A model generated the notes under the pieces. That model was not told where the DNA came from, searched no databases, and saw only the letters and a list, made by a program, of their open reading frames with translations. Below, in pieces: positions 26,201 to 37,902 of a stretch of 64,000 nt of DNA (position 1 is the stretch's first letter; every line of letters starts with the position of its first letter). Position numbers and translations under genes: made by a program. Source of the stretch: Takakia lepidozioides (taxonomy: Eukaryota; Plantae; Bryophyta); the NCBI GenBank assembly GCA_030704615.1, contig CM060732.1, forward strand, positions 34,906,001 through 34,970,000, in the 5' to 3' direction.

Positions 26201-29200
26201 GCTATTTTGTAAATCTGACTGACAATTGTTTAAGACAATCTCTTTTTATACCTGAAATCAGTCCCTTCAGTGCCTCTGTTATGTCCTTTGCGCTTTGTCG
26301 CTTTGTTCTTTCCTGTGAATGATGGTGGGTTTGTGATTTTCCAAATAATATTTCTCAACAACTAATTTGATGTCACGCGTCCAACCCAACAAACCACTCT
26401 ACAGTAGGCACCATGACTACACATCACGCATCATACATTGACACGTGTCATATCCTTGAGAAAACACCTGGCAATGAGCTCCTATAGGCATAGTCGTGGG
26501 AATGACTTTAAATACATTTAAAGTTCAAAATAAACTACTCATATGGTGCCGCGTGTCCAGATATTAGCATGGTTGTAGTCAGGATAATGACTGTAGGACC
26601 TCCTCATGGATATGCCACATGGCAGTTTATGAAGACACCATATGGCGCACATCCACAAAACCTCCTGGACTTATTAAAAAGAGACACGCGTACAGTTTGC
26701 AGCAGCACACTAAGTCATGTATAGTAGAAGTACATATGACTGCCAAATGACAGTGAGATGTATCACTTGGTATCATCTGACTATAGTCATCCATGACCAA
26801 CCATCTCGTACTCATTGTATTCACTTGGTTTGCACGACTTGCAGTCAGCGCAGTCATATGTATCGTTTATGACTACGGGATAGTCATATATACAGTCACA
26901 TATACCGCGATCTGTTGTAGTGACCTCTGATGAAATGGAACACGCGGCATGGAGAAGTTGTCCCTGACCGGCCTGTGGGAGTCCGCATCCGACCCAGGAG
27001 GGATGTTCAATTTCCGTTTACAAGACCCGAATATCTCCTGGCCCTCCAGATGGGGAATTTTGGACACTAGTGGAGTTCCTTCCGCATACATGTTGACAGC
27101 CCTGGCAATCTTGTTCGGATCCCCTGATCTTCTTGCTGCTCGCAACATCAACTTAGACTTGTCTGGACCCTGGCCACCAACGCCACCCCGCAAGAACTCC
27201 CGATATCTCGACTGTTGCAGTAGAACTCGAATCAGATCATCTGCCGTCGCCAAATACAAATCCCGGCCCCGCTTTCCAGATTGCTGCAACCATATATTGT
27301 GCACTGTCTCCGCCAGATTGCAAGAGGGCATGTCCGCCATCTCCTCAATTGACAAGTGCTGCAGAATGGGAAAACATACATCAGATAGAGGACAGGCACA
27401 CCCCACCACAACACACATGATTGCAAATAGATACAAAGTCAACGAAATTCGCATACTCTCAAATTCACGTACCGCTGTCATGCATGCTCCCCATTGTCTG
27501 TACCGGAAGTGCCAAAATGTCAGCCAGTCTTCTAGCGCACTCATATTGTCTTCTGATGCAGCCCCAGATGAGAACCACCATGCACGAATTGTCTGGAACA
27601 ATGTATTCGCCTCTGCCATGTTTTTGGCATCTTTGTACTATTTGCATAGCCTAAGATGAGTAGGCTGCATTTCCGGTTTGATGTCTGCCTTTGTATTTTT
27701 CTCAAGGAACTGCGTCCAATGGAGAAGACATGTTTGCTCTCTTCATGGCATTGGCACCTTTGGATTTGGACCTGATCCAAACACAATGCGAACAACATTG
27801 AAATTCGCTTGAGCACTGTTGGCCATAAAACCGGCGAAATTTGGAGATGGAACACCCTGGGAGGCCATGACGCGAATGAGACTTCTCCACATTAACTGCT
27901 GCAAATCTGCATCCTCTGATTGCATGTCACACACTGCAATTGTCATGACTCGCTAGTAGAAATGATCATAAATATGACACGCCATGATTGTCCAGTCTTT
28001 CACTCGTTTGACGTGATCAAACATAAGGAAACAGTTCTGAAGATCGCCACCCTTCTGCATGCGCTTGACACTGACTCCGCTGCCCTCCCCTGCTGTCGAC
28101 ATTTTGAAAAGATGCACTTTGTTTGACCCTTGACCTGGGAACACACTCTCTTGAATGTAGTCATACTTGCTCCGTTGCTTCAATTCGAAAATGTTATCAA
28201 CGTACCCTCTGTTAGTAGAGCCCATCCTCAATGCATTCACCTGGTTTTTAATGTTTGGTGAGCTCAAGGTAGAGAAGTGATCCATAAAACATTGTCCAAG
28301 GCTGGCCCGTCCAGTTTCCTGCCCACAGAATCTCTTTCAATAAGAATATGGGTTTCTAGGAAAGTCTTGTTTGCTCCAAGAACAATTGTGGAGGTGGTGG
28401 CTGTTGGATTGCTCTCATACTCCTGTCTTATCAACCTGGATACCGTTTCAACACTTTCCCTATAATCTCCCTTCGACAGTGGATGGTTGTGGAAGCCGAA
28501 ATGCACACCGGCTCTAGTCAAGGTTGGAAAACGGTGCACCACATAGTACATTCTTGCTCCACACACTGCCAGACAGGAAGGCGCTCGTTTGCAGAACTTG
28601 CAAACGAAAGTGTTGGAGCTTAGAGGTGCTTCACCGGGCTTGAAAGGATTCTCGGCGACACCCTCCCACTTGCTCTGGTTTTGAACCTCTGACCGCAGGA
28701 ATTGTCTACAACTCAAATTCTCGCACCTCAGGTGCCCATTGCACACCGCTCTCCTGAACATGAGCTTGTCATCATTTTGAATATTGGATGTCTTTGTTCT
28801 GCACCATGGGTGTCCATCGTGTCTCTTGTCCATTCTGTGCATGAGGCTCGAAACAGGTCCACCCCGCCCAGGTGAAGGCAGCTCGAAGACGACATCCCCA
28901 TCAAAAGACCCCGGCAGGTACTGCACACGCTCAACATGGATAGTGTCCCAGTCAATCCCCCGTAATTCACTCTTGAAACCAGGCATTCCTCCCATTGACT
29001 TCAGTTTAGGAATGACACTAGACAGGTCATTCAATTCCGGCTCCATGACCACCGGAGAAGGCACCACAAATGCAATTTTCGGAACGTCCTCCTCCGAGGA
29101 GTCGGAGAGCTCAACTATTTGTGTGGAAGTTGTGGGCTCCGTCTTCACGACCACATTCCTCTTGTCTTGAACAATAGAAGCAGCAGTCCTTGGTGTGACA

Positions 29201-29490
29201 TACGAACCAATCGACTGCCGTCAAGGAGCTCCAAGAACCCTGTACTATCTTCCTGGAGGAACTCTCCACTGACTCATAAGTGAGTTTTCATCCGGTTTCT
29301 GGAAAGCATACTTCATCAACTTCCCATCGACACCGTAAACCTCTCTTTCGAGCTAGACAGTGCCATACTGGAACTCGAAATGCGTTGTTAGGAGATGTTC
29401 CTCCACAATTGCAAAACCATTGTCATTGGTATCCTTCGAGAAAGGTATTGGTTTCTCCACAGAGTAAAACTCCGCTTCAGTGGAAGCCAT
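23227..29490 (-). pseudogene. GCM-type zinc-domain + MULE-like DDE transposase, split by CACTA 23690-26922
   Basis: GCM-like W..T.N....R..C.G...C...C...CKFC......C...G.H.HP (28490-28815). DDE core: FLMFDHVKRV, GFMA(N/D)SAQAN, CLLHW (CxxH), CNLAETVHN. C-terminus FWICPDDCGRC...WPVKVGT at 23230-23689. Stops and frameshifts present. Confidence 0.72.
23690..26922. mobile_element. non-autonomous (Pack-)CACTA element A
   Basis: TIRs CACTACAACAGA(A/T)CGCGGTATAT.TGACTG, 3-bp TSD ACC, atgact/agtcat subterminal repeats; cargo of PPR bits, an unknown exon and LINE fragments (25290-25670). Confidence 0.92.
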
Positions 29491-30266
29491 GCTGCTGCAA
29501 GAGAAATTCCCTTGCAGACAAAGCCACAAAGTGCGGAAGCCACAACTTCTGTGCGGATTCTTATTACAAACGATAGTGGGGATTACATTTCGCATGATTT
29601 GCATTTCAGACCGAAACCTAGAAGGCCATCACCTTTACTAACGAGGTCGGCCAAGGACAAGACGTCATGTATGTCCTAAACCGTTCTGGAAGGGTCAGCC
29701 AAAACCTATTTAAAAAGCTGACAGACCGTTAAAGAGCCTTTCAGAAACAGTTGTCAAAACAGTTCATAAAACAATTAGTAAGCAGTTATGTGCCTTTACC
29801 GACCCATGTGAAAAGACGGCGGAGACCAAGATCCCATGCCATCCCAATGTGTTCAGCCACGTGGAACCCGACAATGCATTGAATGCAGGGTTGAAGAGAA
29901 ATCGACAGCGAACGAATGGAAGATGTTGAACCAGGATAATCCAAAAAATCTAGTGAAATAAGTCATCCATCCGTATCGAATCTATGCAATGGCCATACCT
30001 CCATAGTGAAAGATGGCGGCCACTGCAGAATAGACGAGTGTGCCATTGGGAGGGCCGGGGGACACGTATGTAGTGAATACATGCATAACTGCCGAGTGCG
30101 ATGCCTCGGCTGGTACTCATCGCACGACGTCTCTCATCCCAGTAGATCGTAGTTTTTCAAGCTGGAGAGTAGCAGGAGACTGAGTTCCGCGCGAGAGAGT
30201 GGAAGGTGTAGAAGACATTCATTCTTTTTCACTTCAGCGCGAGAGAGGAAGAAGACGAAAGAGAGA

Positions 30267-33200
30267 ATGAAAGGTCGCAAACTGAACATGACGCTGAAGG
30301 AGATCGCAGAGAAGAGCGCGGCCCTGGAAACCAAACACATGGCGGGGGAGGACCAGCCGCCAGCTCTTGATGGAGTTGGGGATGAAACTGCGTCAGAGGA
30401 CGACACAGACGCTATGGACATAGACGAGCCACGCTGTTGCGAAGGAATCCACGCCGAAGGGGAAGAATGTCATGTAGGAGGAGGCGACGCCGAAGGGGAA
30501 GAAGGCTGCCCAAACGGGGAGGACGGCCGCCATTGTGGCTACTTCGAAGGCATCTGGGAGTTCTTCAGCCAAAAGACCTCAGGTGATTCTCTTACTTGCC
30601 TTCTTCCGCCAGGTTTCAGGGCATGAAAATTGCGTGCGGTGGCGCATGCAATTTTCATGCCCTCTTTTCTTCTATTTTCTGTTTGAACATTCAGAGTAAG
30701 ACCACAGGGATGCAGGCATTGCACGACACCCAAACCCGGAGGTGACCATCTACTCACTTTTCATCTACTGCATAGGAGGAGGGACGTTCACATTTGAGAC
30801 AGGTTGTACCATCCCAGTTACTGAGATTAGAGTTCCTGGAAATGAGAGAAGGCCATAGAGAGAACCCCCAAAAATTGCGTGCGTCGACGCACGCAATTTG
30901 TGAGTGTTTTGTCTAGCATTCTCTCATTTCCGTGTCTCTCATTACCCTATTCTCTGAAGTTACAGCTGTGATGTGTGAGCAGCGACAGAAGCCGTGCAAA
31001 CTCCACAAAGTGAGTGTGAGAGAACCCTCAGAAATTGCATGCGTCAACGCACGCAGTTTCTGGAGATTCTCACACTCACTTTTCTGCTTGCAGCGAAATT
31101 TGATTAACTGTCTGTAGCATATTGTTATGGAAGAGAGTAGATTGATATTGGGTATGAAATAGGCATGGAAATGAGTACTTTTTAGAGGGTAGAAAATTGC
31201 GTGCATTGAAGCACACAATGTTTGGCAAGGCTTTTCCATGCGAAATATATCACTTTGAGTGCAGACGAAGAAAAGGAAAGGTGCTGCTCAGGTAGAGGAC
31301 GAAGTGATTGAGCAGGAACTGGTGGTTGTTGAGGAGGAGGACAATGGCAGGCATACGAAGATAGAGCGAAAGATCTGCTTTCCTTCTCCAAAGTGAATTT
31401 GGCCCAAGTCATCAAGGCCATGGGCGTCCTTGGGGGAAAAATAATGATACCTTTATGTCGTTTGATCTCCATGCCCTTCGTTCGACCAGCTCTCACGAAT
31501 GACATTCAAAAGTTGGAATCAAGAGATATCATAGCACCGAGGAGGAGTGACACTACTCTGTGGCCTCAATGGTGCTATATCCCAAGGGAAACATCACTGC
31601 ACTGTTGACGGCAATGCATGACGTTAACAAGTAAGTGTCTTCTTCACCTTTTATTGTCTGACTTTTTCCCATGTCTGTCTGTTCGCTTTTAGCACTCACT
31701 GATGACATACCACTGTATGTGACAGGGGAACTAAAACCGCCCATTTGACAACGAACCTGCTTCACACCCTATTCAGGATCCAAAATATCGGCCAGATGCC
31801 CCTCAATTCATTCAAGAGCATCCTGAGTGCGGAGTCCTTCAAGAAATGCTTGACATCCAAAATGTCTGACACCTGGTATAAGCTGACGAGGGAAGCATTC
31901 ATGGAGTACATGTACATGGTAAATATTCCATCACTTTGGCCTTTCATTGTCTGTTGTAATATGTGATCTCATTCCGGATTACGTTTTGCAGCAAGAAATA
32001 ACTGAAGCTAGAGAGAGAGGAAAAACAGAGTACTATTTGAAAAACCCGGAGGGTATAAGAACGTTCAAGGGAGTGGTGGAAGCCATGAAATTTACGATGA
32101 ATGAGACACAGAAGAAGCTCATGAGTGCTTTGTGAAGTAGCTGAGAATAGCTGACCCTGATTTTGGTCCCGAATTCCTAAACCAGGTGAGGATCCACTGG
32201 AACAATAACACCAAACCGGAGATGACACAAAAAAAGCTTCACCGGTTGTCAAACTGCAGCGATGGAAGCAGACAGAAAAGTGAAATGGTTGGAGATTTGG
32301 AATTCCGACCCAACTGTCAAGGATACATACTGCTTCCCTAGGGGTGAAAGAGATGAGAACATTGGGCACATCAAACCCTTCAGTGATCAAGTTTTCGATA
32401 CATGGTTGCACATAGCCACCTACTGGAGCCAAGTATTCTTTAGGACTTTCTTTGCTTGAAATTTTGGAGTTATCTTCCTATGTCTCCCTGCAGATTGAAG
32501 CTCGTGCAAACAAGGTGCTGGAGAAATAGCTTCATGATTACAAAATTACGATGACCGTGCCCGAGGACACTCTGGAGGATTACTTGAGATAGTGGAAGGC
32601 GACTGCTTGGAGCAACTGCTTCTTCAGAGAGTTTTCCCGAGATGGAGGCATATCCAGCACAAATGACTTTGACCAACAGTTCGGAGCGGAGGGAGCCATG
32701 AAGAGGGTCCTATACAGGTTCATTAATTTATTTTTCTGTTTGCAAATTATCTTTGGCAACTAGTAGACAGGCAGTTTGTGGCCATGCAAAACTGCGTGCG
32801 CCAACGTACGTAGTTTTGGAGGGCCACAAACTCAGGTGTGTTATCCCCTCTATCATGGATTTCATTGCTTTGGTGGCTGTTCTTGCTGCATTTGAGGATG
32901 TTTTGAAGCGTCAGGGACAATGTAACACATCTGCCGATAATGGGGTATCTTTCTGCATATGGAACCCTCTGTTTTGTCTTATTTGCTTGTATTGGTTGTG
33001 GGTTAGTGGATTTTGGTTGCCTCATGCTCATGTGTGTGTGCACCCCCAAACTATGTGCGTCGACGCACGCATTTTGGGAGGGCCAGACTACATCACTATC
33101 TAAAAGTGTACATCCTTTATTTTGTAGGTATATCAAGAACGTGCTCATTCCGGGGAAAAACCTTAGTAAGTACCTTACCTTCATCGACTTGTGGTCTAAC

Positions 33201-34843
33201 TCCTCTAACAACCAGACCATGTATACGACAACCATCCTTAGGGACTACGGGAGATATCACCTGAAGGACTGCTGCTGGTATCTTGACATTCCCAAATCAG
33301 ATTGCCCCTGGAATGAGTTGCAGACACGGAACCATAACGACAATGCGGAGTCGTTGGCCCCTCTAACGGACAAGGAATTGCATGAGAAGAATCTGCGCAA
33401 CCTCGCTGAGAAGGAACCCGCAGCCAACAAAACTCATGCGAGAGGGAAGAGAAAGGGAAAAGGTACAAAGGACAAAAGGAAGGAGAAGACCACCCAAGGG
33501 GAGGCTGCTAGGGGTGGGACAGCGCAAACCCCAATTGCAAACAATGAACGAAAACGCAAGGGGAAGTTTGAGCCATACGACGCAGTGGAGCACCCATCCA
33601 GAATCCAGCGAGAATATAAATGTGAGCTTGTCAATTATTCATTCCTGGCCATGATAAAGAGCAGAAAATCTGGTTACACTAGAGAACCCTCTCGAACTTG
33701 GGGCAAGTTGTGTGCATTCCTTGAGTCGGTAAGCCATTTTCCATTGTTTGTTTTTGTTAATGTTTTCCATTTTGGAAAGTGATTTAATTTTTGCCTTTTG
33801 TCTGTTTTCAGGTTTCGAAGGGGCAGTGTTGGGTCAATGGTGCTCAGAAACCGTATGGTGCCGACATGGTGATTGTGGACATTCCAGATGGGCGGCCAGT
33901 AACTGGCACTTGCCCAACATGGAATGCATTTGATGAGAGGTACTGGCGGTGGGTCTTTTCATTTTGCAATTTTTTTTAATCGGATGCAGGGGTTCTAGTA
34001 ATGATCCAGTCCGTCACTACGAAATGTCGACGGGAGCTTGCAAGCTACCTCAAGGCCTCGAGATGGTGTGAACAGCCTGTACTTGATAAAGGGCGACTGT
34101 CTGGGACAAATGGTAATCGACCTTGTCTTGCCTGCTTCATAGGAAGTTCAATTTCACCCCTCCAAAAATGAGTGCGTCAACGCACTCAATTTCGGAGGTT
34201 CAAGCACTGTTCTTTCTAGATGTTTATTTGGGCATTCACCCATATGTGCTTCATGTTGTCTTGGCACATGTTTCACCCCGATCCTGCTGCGGTGTTTTGT
34301 TCTTCTTGCAAAGTTTGTTACATCGTCCTAACAGTACTCTGTCTTGCAGGAGCTTCGTACCATGCTTGCAAGGCAACGGGCAGGCATTTGTTTGGTATGG
34401 AAGGGGATGCGGCCATTTTTAGTGACCTCCTCCATAACTTGGAAGGGCCAGCGCCTGCCGCCCAACAACATGAGGGTATGGTGCATGTGGAAATCAACGA
34501 GGGGAACGACAAAGCCCTAGACAGCGATTTCGCATGTGAGTAAGTTGATTTTTTGTAAGCATCCGAGTTATCCCACGCAAATGGCCCCGCCTTTCTCATT
34601 CATGGTAGCTAATGCAATTCATGTACTTTGGGTGGCAGGATATTGGAAGCTATTCCTTTGCTCGACGTCTGTGTTCTTCACAGTGACTTGTGGTACAGCC
34701 CTCCATGTTCATACATCCTACCCGACTACGCGGAGGCCATTGCTCGTCTTGACAGAGTTTCATGTTATCTCCCCCATGTGCTCGGAAGCACAACAGGTAC
34801 CTCGGAGCTCGGGTTTTCGTCGATGATACTGCACAAGTTTTAG
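30267..34843 (+). pseudogene. multi-exon TE gene: possible ParB-like N-terminal region + beta-class N4C/N6A DNA methyltransferase domain
   Basis: GT-AG exons (e.g. 31265-31630, 31725-31918, 33129-33728, 33812-34112, 34350-34535). ADMVIVDIPDG...WN....W...F..C..FLSDAGVLV resembles motif IV DPPY and the following LkpgG strand. GASYHACKATGRHLFGMEGDAAIF matches the GST..A....GR..IG.E.D..Y/F SAM-binding segment. Stops and frameshifts present. Confidence 0.68.
30618..34198. repeat. dispersed intronic palindrome family AAATTGCGTGCGTCGACGCACGCAATTT (7 copies)
   Basis: Copies at 30618-30663, 30872-30899 (perfect), 31007-31083, 31194-31221, 32773-32832, 33043-33081, 34159-34198. Confidence 0.9.
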
Positions 34844-37099
34844 GGGATAGTTCTAGTGACTGAAATGTCAATTTTATTATTTTTTGGGGTCTCGTGATGT
34901 TATGAGTTTCAGACTGACTTACACACATACGTTGCATCGAATCCACCTCATTAATGCACATGCGACAAATGGAAGGTGACATGAATCAGGATTTGCCAAC
35001 CTGTGTAATTCCATAAGGTGGTTTGGGTATGGCCTCCTTTTCCATTGCCCTCCGAATGATCTGTCTGGCACGGTACCTCCTGTCCTTCAAGTTTCGCCCC
35101 ACCATCTCCATCACCCTTGTGTCACTCCAATTGCCCAGAAACCAGCGGTCTAACTCACGGGCATACGCCCGCTTCGCGCCAAAGTGCTGATCAGCCCATG
35201 ATGTGCAAAGGAAACCACCTCAATGCGAGTTCGAAGGCTGGCTTCTTCATAGCCTCCCAGAACGCACCGCAGGGGTCACCATGGCGATTCACCTCCACCG
35301 GTGGCACCACGATCTTTGCCAACTCCACGTCCTGTATCGCCAAGGCCATCCCACCCTCTCCCTACTTTGTAGCCTCCTTCCCCTGCTCCTTTGTTACCCC
35401 ACTGCCCTCCCCCGCATGCACACTCACCCCTTCCTCTCCATGGGACTTCTTTTTCTTCTTCTTCTTTTCCTTCCCCTTCCCCGCTACTTCCTCTCTCTCC
35501 TTCTCCCTCTCCCTTCTCTCTCTCTCCTCGGCAGCCCCTTCATTGATGGTAAAAGGGATCTCAGGAGATCGAGGCCTCTTCTTCTTACCTTTGGTGTTCG
35601 GGTCCTTCATGAACACCACGTGCTCTCCCTCATTGGCAACCCCACTGGACTGCACTAATGAGGCCAGCCATGTTGCTGCCTTTTGAAGACAAATAACCCC
35701 TCCAAATTCAAAAAAGAAACAAACAACAAAGAAAATCATGCATGCAAAAGAAAGGATAAATCATGGAACAAGGTGCGACAGTTGTACCTTTGCAAGCTTG
35801 TCCGACTCGCCCCTGGTGTCACCCGATGTGGGAGGAGTCCTTGTTGCCGGATGTGCCCGCTCTATCCTCTCCCGGAGCGCCACTGGAAGTAGATTCCAGA
35901 TGTGGAGCATAGCCGGCGGCGGCGGGGGCCTGTAGTCTAGGCCCTTCTTTGCTGACCGCTCAGGCTCAGGGGGCGATGTCGCTGATCGGCTAGTCTGCTC
36001 CAAACCGGCCCATACCTCCTCCTCTCCCCCCACCCCCCCCCCCCCCAAATGCGTATCAGGGTAGAAGCCCTCACCCGGCTTGACTTCTTCGAGGCGCTTC
36101 GCTATCTTGGCCACTTCATTGGCCCTCCTCGTCTCCTCCTCCCTCATCGACAACAATGGGCTGGCAATGGAGGCTTTCAAAGGCCCTTGAACCTGACGTT
36201 GGGCCTTGGCAAGTGCAGCCTTTGCTGCGGAGGAAGGGGTCGCTATGGGGCACTAGAAGCATTTGTGTCTTTTTCAAATCGACTGCATGTCCAAAACCAC
36301 TGAGGGAACAACTTTGAGATGTTTGTTACTACTGCACAGTCGTAACGGATAAATTCACATTTCTAATGGCGGATAGAAGTTACATCAATGACTCCGCAGT
36401 CGGCACAATATTCGCGGCGATTTAATTCAATTACGTAAATTGTTTTTTTTTTAAAACAACAATTACAAGTGGTTTTAAGCACTAGAGAATGACTCTTAAC
36501 AACTAGGCATTCATTGCACACCCTATTCAAAAATGGAATTTTTATAAGTGCTCCACATGGCTCATGACATGGAATATTTTAATGTATTTTAGGGCTTGTG
36601 TGGCTCGTAGAGATTGTTCTAATCGTCGGATGTAAAATGATCTAAGGGTGGAAGAGTAACTTTGTCCTTTGCCTGAATTTGTCTAAGTGTTGGGAGAGGG
36701 ATGGAGGCTTGAGAGAGAGACGAACAAGTGATGCGAGAAGGACGAAGACCAAATCGAGGCCCATGTCCTGTTGTTGCAAGCGTTTATGGCGTCAAGGGCG
36801 CATTATGTGCAAATGTGGGCTCTTGGCTTGTACCATGATTTGGTATCCTTCCTGATGATCACAAGGTTCTTGGGGGAATCAGCTTGGTCTTAGCAGCCCA
36901 TATTTTAATCTCTGCCCGCTCAGCTGCACCGTGGTGGTTCTTACGAACCAATCCCACATTACCTGACTACAGATACAAGCAGCACGCACAAGAGGTCTTC
37001 TTGGGTTCATGGTCAGTCTAATCCGCAATGGGTCATGACACAAGGTAGAGGACAATGTGGTGAGGGCACCTTCTTCTTCGAGCTATTTCAGCCTGTTTT

Positions 37100-37902
37100 G
37101 CCGAGATGTAGTGTCGTGGAGTGCGATGCTTGCAGGGTATGCACAGCAGGGACGTGGGATGGAGGCTTTGGAGACCTATGAAGTTGCGAAGGGAGAGTTT
37201 GATAACATGGCTGAACAAGATGTTGTCTCAAGGAACACGCTGAATCTCGCAAGATATGGCCAGCATGTGTGCGGGATGAGGGCATTGGAGACATATGAGC
37301 AAATGTTGCGAGAAGGGGTGCAACCTGACCGGGTCACGTTCATTTGTGTTTGCAATGCATGTGCAAACCTGGCAGCCCTGGAGACTTGGTAAAGGGCAAA
37401 GAGGTCCATCGTGACATCGTCAAAGCTGGAACTGTACCAGATGTAACAATACCTCGTCGACATGTATGCCAAACGTGGGAGCATTCCCTTGTGGACAAGG
37501 AGTGTTCAACAATATGGCTGAGCGAAATGTGGTGTGGTGGAACATGATGATCGCAGGACATGCACAACATGGGCGGGTTGGAGACCTATGAGCAAATGAA
37601 GTGGGTCTAGGGGGTGAAGCCCGAGCACATTACGTTTGTTTGTGTTTGTAGTGCATGTGCGAGCCTGTTGGAGAAGGGCAAAGAGGTCCATGGTTGCATC
37701 GTCAAAGCTGGAATTGTGGTAGATGTCATTCTGAACATGAATACCCTTCTAGATAGGGAGTGTTCAACAATATGGCTGAGCGAAATGTGGTGTCGTGGAA
37801 AGTGATGATCGCAGGACATGCACAACAGGGGCGGGGATTGCAGGTTTTGGAGACCTATGAGCAGATGATGTGGGAGGGGGTGAAGTCCGACCACATTACG
37901 TT
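37100..37902 (+). pseudogene. captured PLS-class PPR gene fragments (tandem, frameshifted); continues at 44307-44452
   Basis: RDVVSWSAMLAGYAQQGRGMEALETYEQM, GVQPDRVTFICVCNACANLAAL, GKEVH, ERNVVSW. Confidence 0.85.

Larger units (their letters stand above)
22315..34870. mobile_element. decayed Mutator-like DNA transposon: GCM-domain DDE transposase + divergent DNA methyltransferase gene (termini not resolved)
   Basis: Begins where the Copia ORF is cut; repeat-rich left end (ccacgt, ggatgaa); two divergent pseudogenised genes; right end abuts a CACTA TnpA intron. Confidence 0.6.

Noticed and set aside
32940-33782. 280-aa ORF as a standalone gene
   Set aside because: Its first ~63 codons are intron (palindrome and pyrimidine tract before the AG at ~33128); the rest is one exon of the MTase-like pseudogene.
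30618-34198. Palindromic 28-bp repeats as a CRISPR array
   Set aside because: Spacing is irregular (~160-1600 bp), the copies sit in spliceosomal introns, there are no cas genes and the context is eukaryotic.
34851-34858. TTCTAGTG as a CACTA terminus
   Set aside because: No extended TIR match, subterminal repeats or partner end; likewise for cttctagtg at ~23925.
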